A DNA stretch of 64,000 nt from contig NW_019029009.1 in assembly GCF_002105155.1 (NCBI RefSeq), positions 1 to 64,000 on the forward strand. Direction: 5' to 3'. The notes beneath the pieces are model-generated. The model ran no database searches. It had not been told where the DNA came from and worked only from the letters and a program-made list of their open reading frames with translations. The DNA comes from Lobosporangium transversale. Lineage: Eukaryota. Below, piece after piece: positions 42,200 through 53,179 of this stretch. Within the stretch, counting starts at the first letter, position 1. Each line of letters opens with the position of its first letter. Made by a program: the position numbers and the translations under genes.

Positions 42200-42693
42200 A
42201 ATGATGACAATGATGATGGTGATGATGGTCTGATGGCTGCATGCGTTAAGATAGGCAAGGAAGTAGAAATAGATAAAGGAGAAAACAATATTGGTGTCTT
42301 TGGATTCCATTGAAGTGATTCAACCATTGATTTGGTTTCTGTAGCTTCTGAGTTTTGTATCTTGGACATGTTGAGAGTCGATCTGACTCCGCTACTAAAG
42401 TAATCATTCATTCCAATGACGTCCATACTTTTAGAGATGTAGGTGGCTCTTTCGCTAGTAGTTGTGTTGTCCTTTTGTACTGTGGAGTCTGATAAACATG
42501 AACAGGGAGAGGATAAAGAGCCAATAGAAGATGGAGAAGGAGTGTATGTGCAAATGGAACAAGACAAAGAAGGTCCTGTGTGATTTACGGAATAGAAATA
42601 GCTTGGGAAGCAACAACCAGAATCATGAGAAGAGAAATACTGGTCCAAGAGAAGATGACGATAAAGAGATCGGCACACATGATGTAGAGACAT
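39952..42693 (-). CDS. F-box domain protein, Ser-rich
   Basis: F-box motif LSLPSDIFVYLLEFLSPVDLWRLCQVSRAM in a >900-codon ORF; the start is uncertain. Confidence 0.75.
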
Positions 42694-45047
42694 TTTTTTT
42701 TTCTTAGCTTCAAAGAGGTGGTTTAGAAGAATAGGATCCTGAGGATTCTTGCAAAAATCGGTGTAACCACAGTGTGGATTTGTGCAGGCCGTAAAGATGT
42801 GCGACAAGGGTCTTCGAATCCACAGGAAAGGTGGTTTTGGAGACAAATATCTGTGTTCAGGGCTAGTCTATATCGCAGAAAGCGTATATAATGAAAGGAG
42901 TAAAGATTTTGGCGCAACTATGAGGTGATGTAGGGCAGTAAAAACGATTACGAAAAGGTTAGGAGTAAGAGTGGGAACGCGGAAAGAGTTAAGAATGGGA
43001 ATAAATGTGAACGAACAAGGGTGCGAGGGAGAAGGATGAAGCAGAAGAGGGTGAAATATGGAGACACAATAAACAAGGCAGTAAGATGAGGAAAGTAAGC
43101 ACGAGAAGGAGAGACAGAGGATGAAAGAGAAAAGAACAGAACAGTGAAGGTATTTGAGGAAGGAGGTGAACGTATAAAACAGAGAGAGCAAGGAGACGTA
43201 ACAATTGAGAAAGTCATCTCACTGGATGAGCCGTATTGTCATGGTGCTCTCACTCGTCTACTTTTCTCTTTTCTTTTCTTTTTTTTTGTATCTATCCATA
43301 GTAATAGTAACAGCAGTAGGCAATCAACTATTTGGACCTTTTTATTACAGAAGGAATGTGAGTGGATGACCTTGAAAAAAAGAGAAAAAGTAATCGAGCG
43401 GGAGAAAGAAACAAAACGAACAAAAAGGACAGGGGGATATGGGGCAAGGGAAAGAAGAGCATTGACTGTGCGTCCAAGCACTCCTGCAATTGCTCCGAGA
43501 GCATGTGCCGAGAGCGAAAGAAAGGTGGCAGGGATCAGATGAATGGGATGTTTGTGTAAACAGAAAAAAATAAAAAACAAAAGCTTCAATAGGAAAAGAT
43601 GCATAGCGCAATAATCCCTGAGCAATGCAAAGCAAATCCTATTTTAGCATTTCTATTGATGTAAGAGAGATTCGTACATCTCCTCACTAGTACACACATG
43701 TGTACAGTGGTTTTTTATTTTATTTTATTTTTACAATATTTAAACAGAGTAACGAGCACATTAACTGATATGGGATCTTGAAGAGGAATATGCCTGAAAG
43801 AGATAGGCAGCACTGACGCGTCAAGGTTAGAAGCAAGAATGGTTTGCTTGTAGTACACGTCAACATGTATTTTAGAAGTTTGGACACCTGGACTGTATTC
43901 TGTAGTGCAAAAAAAAAAAAAGAAAAATAGACGAAATGCATGCGTCAAGGTCATCTCATCTTTTTGGAAAAGGGGTTTACATGGACATGGCTCTGTAATG
44001 TTTTTTTCCTTTGCTGTGTAATTATAAAATCCATCTCATCTTAAACTCAATGTCCCTCTTGAGAGTACAGTAGTCTAATACAGAAATAGACCAAGACAAA
44101 CAAACACACTGCTTGCCCAAAGATTGAGTCTTCTTTTTAACATTCTTTATTGTTTGATGGTGTTCTTTGCGGTCTGGACACGCATGCCTAGAAGCAAGAT
44201 GCAACTCATAAATCGTTTACGTCGTTAACAATAGACAGTAAGCCAATTGCTGGCTCGATTTGGAAATTGGATGCCAAATCATGCAGGTGAAGTGAAGTGG
44301 CTCTAGCGCTTTGCACTTTGCACTTGCACTTTGCTTGCTCCTTCCCTTCCTTCCTTTTCACGAGTCTACATAGAAAGAAACGCTATTACATTAAAGTTCT
44401 CTTTTCTCCCTTCTCTCTCTTCCTCTGAAGTAGCTCGACAAGACTTGTATGCTCAGTTAATCAAGTAGAGCATTTAGACGTTGTGAACATTGTCTTTTTT
44501 GTTACTAAGGCCATCCCTATGCTGTCTGTTTATCTATTTGTTCCATTTGTCCGATCCGACGGACCAATCCAAAGGTTGTACATGTAGGCTATTGCTGAGG
44601 AAGAAGGATGCATTTATCCAAAACTCAAAAACGAGTTTTCAAGTGACGCATTTTTTATTTTCAGTGCTCAGCATACCATGCGGGAAAAGCGTTGTGCCGA
44701 GAGGAGAACATCGTGACTCTTTTTCAACTGATGTTTAGGTGTAGACATTAGACCGAGGGATAAGAGAAACGAATCGTCAAACTCCTCAAAACTAGTTTTC
44801 TTTTTTTTTTTCTTGATTCGTCCATCAGCTTCTCTCATTCTGTTCACTTCTTGTCACTGTAAATGTCTCCCACCTAATTCTCAACAACTATTCCTTGTTG
44901 CTTCATCTTGTTCTTCATTTTTTAATCGCTCGTCTCATTTTCACATCAAGAAACCCTAGCATTAGCCTCTTTTTTTTTCTAAACGCCCTTGCTCCTGATT
45001 CCCTGACAACTGGACATATTAATTACACCTCTCCTAACGTTTACATA

Positions 45048-46152
45048 ATGATTCGCCTTCGCAAGTGTCTTGGCGTCTTAGAACTCAAGACAGGCAAGTT
45101 ACCATTCATTTCATTCCATCTTTGGGCGAAGCAATAGAGTTCTCGTCCGACCGTCTGACCTAACACTTTTTTTTTCCTTGCAATTTCCGCACTTTTCTCT
45201 TTCCTCTCATTTACACAATAACACTACAGGGGTGACTATTATCACTGTATTTGCCATCGTAAGTCTAAAATCAAAACAAGCGCAGCGCAGCGCAGCAAAT
45301 GCACCCATTTCACGCACAAAGATGGAACCAAAAAAAACAATGTATTCACTTGATTTTTCTATTGACCGCTGTTTTATTCTCTTGCAACTAGTTAAACAAA
45401 GTATCAGGGTTCTTTGGGATATTCGCCAATGGTGGACTTGCCAAGGTTATCATGTACCTGTATTCTGTCTTTGCGACCTTTGCTTTCGCTTGGGGACTTT
45501 ATGGTGTCTTGCTTGTATGTCTTTATCATTGTTCGAAACAATCAAATAGTTTTTTTTTTTATTTATTGCTTTTGATATCAACAAAACTTATTTATCTTTC
45601 TAGGACAACACAAAAATTGTTGGACGTTATGCATTGGCGTATGTGGTGGACTTAATCATTAATGCAGTACAGACGACTGCATTAGCAGTGACTTGGTTCA
45701 TGTCAAGAAATCATCTTTTGGGAGAAGCGCAACCAGATGGGGACGGAGATTCGACACCCATTAGCGACGACGTTCGAAAGGGCTTTGAGTTTGAGGGTGG
45801 TATCTCCATCATTATCCTCCTAGGCCTATGGTGTCTTCATGTAATGTTTAACTAAAAGAGAACCTCATTGGATATACCTAATTGATTTCATGAAGCAGGC
45901 AATTCAGTGTATTTAATCTCTTTTTTTTTCTATCTTCTTCCCAACTTCCCTACAATACAGCTTTATTTTGCCCTAGTCGTGTGGTCATATGCTCAATCGT
46001 TGATTCACCGCTACGATCTTCCTTCGCATATGGTCAGTGGCACTATGAGCTCAGGATCGGATGCAACACCGATGATGTTTTTACCTAGAATCGGTCAGGA
46101 CCGTGGAAAACACTCGATTTTGCACAACCAAGATGACGATGAATTCATTTAA
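45048..46152 (+). CDS. KEI1: KEI1-like inositolphosphorylceramide synthase regulatory subunit (DUF1753), five exons
   Basis: Spliced MIRLRKCLGVLELKTG|VTIITVFAI|LNKVSGFFGI..MYLYS..|..AYVVDLIIN..|LYFALVVWSYA matches the Kei1 pattern (LNKxSGxxG). The first intron has a GC donor. Confidence 0.75.
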
Positions 46153-46919
46153 TTGAGATATTATTCTATTACTATAATTGCCTATTTATGCTACTCTTCT
46201 TCCCCAAAAATCTCATTGTTCGATCCGACTCATCACCGTGTACAACTATACTCTAATAACATATACAACACATATAATTAAAATAAATAAAATACATGTC
46301 TCAGAAAATTCCCATGAGTAATGTTTTTTGTTGATGCGGTTAATTAATCTTGAAAAAATTAAAACTAAACCCAGCTACACACATCAATGGATTTTACTTG
46401 TAATCAATCAGGAACTTATGCCATTTGAAAGCTCAGGGTTACGATACGTTTTCCTTTTTGATCCATTTACTGTCTTTTCTTCTTCAGGCGGTCGTTGACT
46501 AATGAAACCTTAATCAATAATATGCATTTCCTTTCTTTATTTTATTTTTTTGATTGGATATTTTTTCTCTTACCATTCCCATAAAACAGAAGAGGAAAAA
46601 GATAGACATTAATAACAAAGGAGAGAAGAGAGGGAAAGCAAGGAAGGAAGAAATGGCTGTTGGAGTAACCAGCTTTGGCAGGAATACATGTTGAGTGACA
46701 TTAGGATAATGAAAGTTCATTTAATGGAAGCTACGATCAAACTTTGGGTAATAAGGAAGACACAGAAGAGTAGTGGCGAGGCAATGAGAACTGATCACGT
46801 CTGCCTTTTCAAAAGGATTAATCAATTTGGCAGCCCAGTTGCTAAATATTATTTGGCAGCCCATACCAAATATAGTAATTTTTGCCTCTATTTGGCAGCC
46901 TACTTCTGGGGGCTGCCTA

Positions 46920-47294
46920 GGCTCGTACCCATCCCTCTTCACTTTATAAAGGTGACAGAAATTCCATTTCCTTTTTGAGTCACCTAAAGTGAAGGGGCTG
47001 GGAAAAAATCTTCGCTTATTAGCTGGTAGCTCAAAAAGGAAAAAAATTGTGCACTTGAGGGAAATTTACTCAGTATATACACAGAATAAAGTTAATAACT
47101 GTACTTTTTCCTATAAAAAACACTTTATCGAGTGCATATACGGAAAAATATTCCTTCAAGTGCACAATTTTTTTCCTTTTTGAGCTACCAGCTAATAAGC
47201 GAAGATTTTTTCCCAGCCCCTTCACTTTAGGTGACTCAAAAAGGAAATGGAATTTCTGTCACCTTTATAAAGTGAAGAGGGATGGGAACGAGCC
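46920..47294. mobile_element. 375-bp foldback MITE with ~139-bp near-perfect TIRs and a TA (or CTAG) TSD
   Basis: 46920-47058 is the reverse complement of ~47156-47294 with one visible mismatch. It is flanked by TA at 46918-19 and 47295-96. Confidence 0.9.
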
Positions 47295-47347
47295 TAGGGG
47301 CTGCCACTTAACTTCGCACTCTTGGGTGGCAGCTGGGCTGCCAAATA

Positions 47348-47353
<6 letters not shown>

Positions 47354-47379
<26 letters not shown>

Positions 47380-47393
47380 GATAACAGGGTCAT
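47354..47393 (-). mobile_element. Ultra-short retroposon tail (atgaccctgttatc + polyA)
   Basis: The reverse complement shares the ATGACC..TGTTATC(A)n terminus with 22718-22767 and 24953-25005. Confidence 0.55.
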
Positions 47394-47923
47394 AACATCA
47401 GTGGTAAAACAAGCAGCGTTCTGTGGATACATTGCCTTGCACAGCTAATGCCGTCGGAGGTACTAAGGGCAGCGGCGATGACATCTTCACAAAACAGCCT
47501 TCAATGTACCCGGTTAGGGAATGATTTATTGAAGACGTCTAGGTAGTAGGTGAGACGCGTTTGCTCCGAGCGAAAACCTCTCATAGGCATTGATCTCCAA
47601 ATGGCACCTCCAAAACTGTATGAGCGACCTACTTGAAAAAAAAAAAAAAAAAAAAAAAAAGTCATTAGTTTTCTAAATGAGACAAGACAATGTCACTACA
47701 CATAACTATGACGTAGAAGACGGGAGCTTTATTAATTTGAAGTATGAGCGTTATAAACATGTACGGTTCCTAGGAATGAAAAAAAAAAAAAAAAAAATAG
47801 TTAGAGGCCAAATAACGCTGGGTAGGCTGCCAAGTAAATAATGAATGTTATTTGGCAACTGGGCTGCCAAATAGATTAATCCTTTCAAAAAAAAAAAAAA
47901 AAAGAACATTAAAAATCACAAGA

Positions 47924-47995
47924 TGCCATTGCCTGGAATCGAACCAGGATCGTCTCGGCCACAACGAGATATACTAACCATTATACTACAATGGC
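47924..47995 (-). tRNA. tRNA-His(GTG)
   Basis: Reverse complement GCCATTGTAGTATAATGGTTAGTATATCTCGTTGTGGCCGAGACGATCCTGGTTCGATTCCAGGCAATGGCA; cloverleaf with anticodon GTG. Confidence 0.95.
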
Positions 47996-48009
47996 GATTT
48001 TCCATCTAC

Positions 48010-48312
48010 TGTGTCCTAAATCGAGGCAACTTAAGCTCACGTCCTATAGCAAGTGACGTCATGGTAGGTAGGACCAGAGGTATACCTATAGTGGTACCCT
48101 CAAACCCACCCCGTCCTGCCTGGACGTGAGCTCAGCCACCCGATCCTCCCCGCTATAATAAATAGTGGACTCTCCGTCCCTGAAGTGTTCCTTACCTTTA
48201 TCTTGGTACAACACTTCAGGTATGCAACCTCATTCATCTCAGCACTAGTTACTTGTATAGTATTATATGTATCATAAACTAATAAAGACCTTTATCTTGG
48301 TACAACACTTCA
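48010..48312 (+). mobile_element. Candidate solo LTR (~300 bp)
   Basis: Begins TGT and ends CA; TATA-like TATAATAAATA at ~48154; AATAAA at 48281; internal 26-nt direct repeat. No TSD found. Confidence 0.45.
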
Positions 48313-49030
48313 GTGTGTTCTATGTATTTGCGTCTCGTTGCGGTTTTTAAGGGCATCTCAGTATAACCCCCCGGTTCTTAAGACAGTGATTTTTTCACTA
48401 CTTGTCGTAAATCTGATATTTACGTATCCTCTTCTTCATTATTTCCATCATCATTCAGTACTTTTATCATTATTTCCTTTATCAATCCTAGTATTTAAAT
48501 CACTTTGGCTTCTTTGCAAAATAGCATCCCTCTTTTCACTTTTGATGCTATTTTGCAGGTGAGCGACTTTTATTATTATTTGTAGTTTTACTAAGTCAAG
48601 CTCGTTCTTATCAGTATTTATTAAAGATCCTCTTTTCACTTTTGATGCTATTTTGCAGCATTCTCCAGGACTATCATTGTTGATTTATGATCCTTTAGTG
48701 ATCTATTTGTCAGATTATCCTCCTTTGGCACTTTCTCCATTTATGAATTTGTCTTTTGGCACTTCGTCCAATTTTTTATTATCATTTTGTTCATTTTCTG
48801 TCAATCTTTGGGATCATTGACAGATCTTTCCACGTCACTACATTTTAACACTTTGTATATTATATATTCTCACCTAATATTCTACAGAAGCAAGCTCTAT
48901 AAATGCAGCACCCTTTAAGTGCACAAAATTCCTCAAGGGCAAACTGACGTTAAACACAGTTATTTGCTGTGGCAATAGTCATGCAGTACCCGAAGGGAAT
49001 TCCAAGGGAACGTTTGATGATTGAGGACTC

Positions 49031-49275
49031 TGACCTCGTGGTTCCTTGTTATCAAAAAAAAAAAAAAAAAAAAAAAAACCTCGTGGGTCCTCGATAGCAA
49101 AAAAAAAAAAAAAAAAGAATGGACATATGGCAGCTGTAAAGCGATCCTCTCCGGAGAATGGAACATCAAGTATATTCTGGAATGGATAGTACTTTTTTTT
49201 TTTTTTTTTTTTTGACAGCAAGGGCCCATAGGTCATGTAGGGTTTATTTAGATGTTAGCTCTATAAATGGGTCGC
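49031..49275. mobile_element. Cluster of three truncated retroposon tails (two tandem +, one -)
   Basis: tgacctcgtggttccttgttatc(A)n, then cctcgtgggtcctcgatagc(A)n. The reverse complement of 49193-49272 matches 22682-22767. Confidence 0.85.
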
Positions 49276-49416
49276 CCCCCTTACGAGATGGTTCTTCATT
49301 GTTCGTTTAAAAGACAGATTATAAAAAAGTAAAAAAATGTTTATCATATATACATATATTTATTGCCACGTTGCTAGGCAATCTTTAGAACGACAGTAAG
49401 ATTATATATAACCATT

Positions 49417-51295
49417 CTACGCTCTTTTATGGTGTTTCTTTCTTTTCAAAGCCTCTTCTTCCTCTTCTTCCTCTTCTTCCTCTTCTTCCTCTTCTTCCTC
49501 TTCTTTCTCCGTCTCTTGCGCTTCGCTTTTCTGTCTTTTTTTAGTTGCTGGAGCGCCTTTCATCTCTTGTGCTCTCTGTTTATTCTTTGCACGAATAGAG
49601 GCAATAAGATTGCTGACAGAATCGAGAGCTCCACCATGGGCATCTTTCATATTATCAAGGTTTCTGCCTAGTAAAGCGAACTCAGTAGCAATTAGCTTCC
49701 TCTGAGAGTATCCAGAAGGATCCGTGGCACGCATTCTTGGAGTCCAGTGACGAAGCGCCAAGACTAAGCCTTTTTTTGGATCGCCTTCTCCCCATTGCAG
49801 AACCGCCTCTCTTCAATGTATGATATCAGGGCTTCTAGATGCTGCCGGCGGATCGATGTCTTCTTGGGGAAGCTGCACCGGTGATGGTAGCGGCATCAGA
49901 TGTCGAACATTGATGGGATTAGCTATAGGTGGTGAAGATCCCCGGAGGAGTGACTGAATCTGCTGAGTGATAGCCGTTCCAAGATCAGCTACTTCTTTCT
50001 TCATCTCTTGCTGTATCTTATTTATATCTGCATTAATAGCAATCCGTAGGGTGTCAAGCGCAGTATCCATTGCTTGCAGAGTTGCTGGTTCTGTGGCGCT
50101 GGACTCTCCCATAAACCTAGTGTGTCGACTAGTATTCTTTATTGGAGAGAGCATGTCACCGTAACCGGTCTCATAGTGCACAAACTCATCTAATAGGTAC
50201 CGCATAACTGTATCAACTCCTTCGCCTTCAGACCAGCCACCCCACCACTTTACTGCCTTGAGAGACCACTTTTCCTTTGCAAACATGAAGCGATGCTGCG
50301 CTCCACCCCGGCGGAAACAATGAGCTGTGTACCGGCCACTGCGCTCAGTAAGCAGGTTTGCAGCATCGGTAAATTCATCCAACAGAGACTGGATTTTTGG
50401 ATGTGAGAACGCCTCTTTGAGCTTGACGCGACCTTTATTATCCATCGACGGGAACACGAAGTCTTCAGGATGGAGCGCTCGGCTATTTTTCTCTAGTCAT
50501 TTGATCCAGGTTAGCAGCTTAGTATAGCAGCAAGCATGAGGCTCTTCGGGCAGTGGATGGATTTCATATATATTGGCTATCAAATTAATAAACATTCGGA
50601 TCATCACAAATTAAAAGAAGTGGATAGAGGAATAAGTATTGGATATGCAGGAAGGATGAGTAAAGCATACAGAAAATACGTCCCAGATAAAAAGAAATGG
50701 TAGCCAGGAGGACATGAAATACCTTTTTCAGCATTCGCTTGGTTTGTTTTACGAAAAGTTGGAGTGATTTTAAAGTATGGTCGCCCACAATCCGTCTCAA
50801 GACCAAGATCAAGGTCTTTTCCTTTAAGCCTCAGTAGTTCCTCGTTTCTAGATTGATAGGGGAAAGCATCAATCATCATCAAATGAGATTATTGACGAGT
50901 GGTAGGATTGTAACAACATAGATTGACGAGAAATATCACCTTGTCCACAAAGTGAAGCCTGTTGCAGCAAATGCTTGAAAAAACAAGCACAACCCTTCGC
51001 CGTGCTTTGCTATGACATCTGGTTCTTGGAGGTGTTCCATTAGCTTTGTCAAGTCCTTGTAGCTCATGGCGAGGCTTTGCTTGCTTTGACCGTTTCGCCC
51101 ATCACGTTTCTTTAGAGAAACCATGTAGTCCTCAAATGCCTGGTCAAAAACAGGATTTCCTGTAGAAAAGCGTAAAGTTAAACTGGTATGCAGTTGATAA
51201 AGAGTGCCTTCATTTCCCTGACTACCCACTGCTACACACCTAACCATCGTCCGTTCTCAAATCGCCAAAAGTTGCCCTGGGCAGGAAAGTTGTAT
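49417..51295 (-). pseudogene. Decayed Crypton-type tyrosine recombinase with introns and a C-terminal GCR1_C-like domain
   Basis: Catalytic R (WTR|NEEL), K (FRKTNQ), HCFRRGGAQ, GGW and MRYLL; C-terminal 'QWGEGDPKKGL..LRHW..YSQRKLI'. In-frame TGA at 50497-99 and 49813-15. The 5' exons are not found. Confidence 0.85.
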
Positions 51296-52642
51296 CTGTT
51301 AGTGAAGATGAGAGACGTCTTTTGCACATCATACAGTGATTTTGTAGATTTGATTAATCACAAACTTTTAAATTTCAGGAGATTGTTTTGCATGGGTTTA
51401 CTGCACAATTTTCGATTATGCAAATGAAGCCCCTTTATTTATTTTTTCAAAATTTTTCATAGGAGATGACCCTTTTTATCTTTTTTTAATTGAACAATTT
51501 TCCTTGTATGTGGATCACTTCCCGTTACTAATATTACCAATAATAATAAAAGAAGTGAAGCAGAACTACTGAGGTATTTTTACAGTTTCGGAATGGTAGA
51601 TAATATATATATATATAACATGAGGCGTAACATGTATATTTGTTACACATCTTGAAATTCCTCAGGAACGGCTCACTTTGTAGTACAACTTTGATTGACT
51701 TGGGCTTTCCTTTTTTTCTCGCGTGAGTTCTTTCTCTCAAGCGTAACTGTGCGGTTGCAAAGGCCAGTTTCCATAGGGAGCCAAGAAGGTTTTTTTATTT
51801 TTTTATTTTTTTGGAAGATGAGGAGTGGAAAATGTACCTTGAAATTTTATATTGTATTTATCATGAAGAGCCCTTTCATCTGGTATCATTTTTTTTCCTG
51901 TAGGATAATAAACTATGAGAGCAACAAAAGAAAAAGCCTGGTAATTCGCCGCCTGCTTTTTTTTTTTTTTTTTTTTTTTAGATTACTATAGTATTATTTA
52001 TATGTAGTAGATTATCGATGTTGCCATTTGTGCTTTCAACCTGATTGCTACTTCATCTAAAAAATAAAGATGTCAATGATCTTGAAATGTAATTAGGGGT
52101 TTTTGAAATGATTGTTATTCCTTGGGAAGCATGGCTGATGAGTTCATCGATCTATTTTTATATACTTTTGGACGATACACAGTCTCCTCCGGTTGCAGCC
52201 AAACTGTTCAATTTACCGTTAATAATGAATCCATTTGTTTTTTTTTTTCTTTTTTCATTTGTGCAACCAAGAGTAATGAGACTAAGCTTACTTTTGGGGG
52301 GTACCCTTTCATCATCTTCACGACATTCAACAGAAATGGCCTCACCGTCTTTCTTGCATGAAAACAACAAAAAGTGCATGGATATTCATATGAAATACTT
52401 AATGTTACAATAAATTGTCTTTAATAACTTGGTTTTATAAAAACTGGTTACGGATATTAATGGCAAGTGAGAATAGGGATGACAATGACTTGATGAAATA
52501 AAAATGGGAGAAGCAGAGCTTGAAAGTGAACCCCGGGTGGGACACAAAAGGAGGTAGGAAATTCTTCCAGAGAACAAAAAGACATCCTTTTCGTTACAAA
52601 CGGATCTCACTCTTAAACTCTACTTGTATGTTCATCTCTAAT

Positions 52643-53179
52643 TTAGAACATAGCGGCAGCAACAGCAACAGCAACAGCTCCAGCAAAGGCGGGAGCAACA
52701 GTGCTGGCACTGCTAGGCTTGTTGTTGTCAGCAGGCTTGTCGTTGGAAGGAGGGTTGTTGTTGCTTGGGGGGGTGTTGGGGTCAGTGATGGTGAAGACAC
52801 CAGAGTAAGCGTTCTGAGGACCAGCGGCAGTGTCAACGACGATTCTGAGGGAGTATTTGCCGTTGGCAGGGTAGTCGGTGGGAACGTTCCACTCGACGTT
52901 GCCAGAGTTCTTGGTGCAGTCGATAGTGGTGATTTCCTTGAGGAAGAAAGCGTTGTCGGCGTTGTTGGCGTTCAAGAACTGAACGGGAACCTTGGTGGGC
53001 TCCTTGGCAACCCAGGAAGAGGGAGCAACGCAGGGCAATTGCCAGGAGAAGACCTGTTTGCTGCCAATTGGGTAGCTGATACCCTCACCGACGGGGTTGG
53101 TGAAGTAGGTGCGGTTGTAGGTCTGGGCAGAGACGGCGGCGACGAGGGCCAAAGCAGCGACAGCGGACTTGATGAACAT
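52643..53179 (-). CDS. Secreted, probably GPI-anchored cell-surface protein (Ser/Thr-rich GPI/Kre9-like Ig fold)
   Basis: Signal peptide MFIKSAVAALALVAAVSA, 'YSGVFTI' motif, low-complexity linker and hydrophobic C-terminal tail; strong codon bias. Confidence 0.85.
   Translation of the reverse strand: MFIKSAVAALALVAAVSAQTYNRTYFTNPVGEGISYPIGSKQVFSWQLPCVAPSSWVAKEPTKVPVQFLNANNADNAFFLKEITTIDCTKNSGNVEWNVPTDYPANGKYSLRIVVDTAAGPQNAYSGVFTITDPNTPPSNNNPPSNDKPADNNKPSSASTVAPAFAGAVAVAVAAAMF

Larger units (their letters stand above)
46815..47882. mobile_element. Non-autonomous TIR DNA transposon (GG..CC ends, 8-bp TSD; Merlin- or MULE-like)
   Basis: TIRs GGATTAATCWATTTGGCAGCCCAGTTGCYAAATA at both ends; TTTCAAAA at 46807-46814 and 47883-47890; subterminal TTGGCAGCC repeats. 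Confidence 0.8.

Noticed and set aside
49813..50499. TGA-as-Trp recoding in the Crypton ORF
   Set aside because: The ORF uses TGG elsewhere, host genes follow the standard code, and the element is 5'-truncated. Decay is the simpler explanation.
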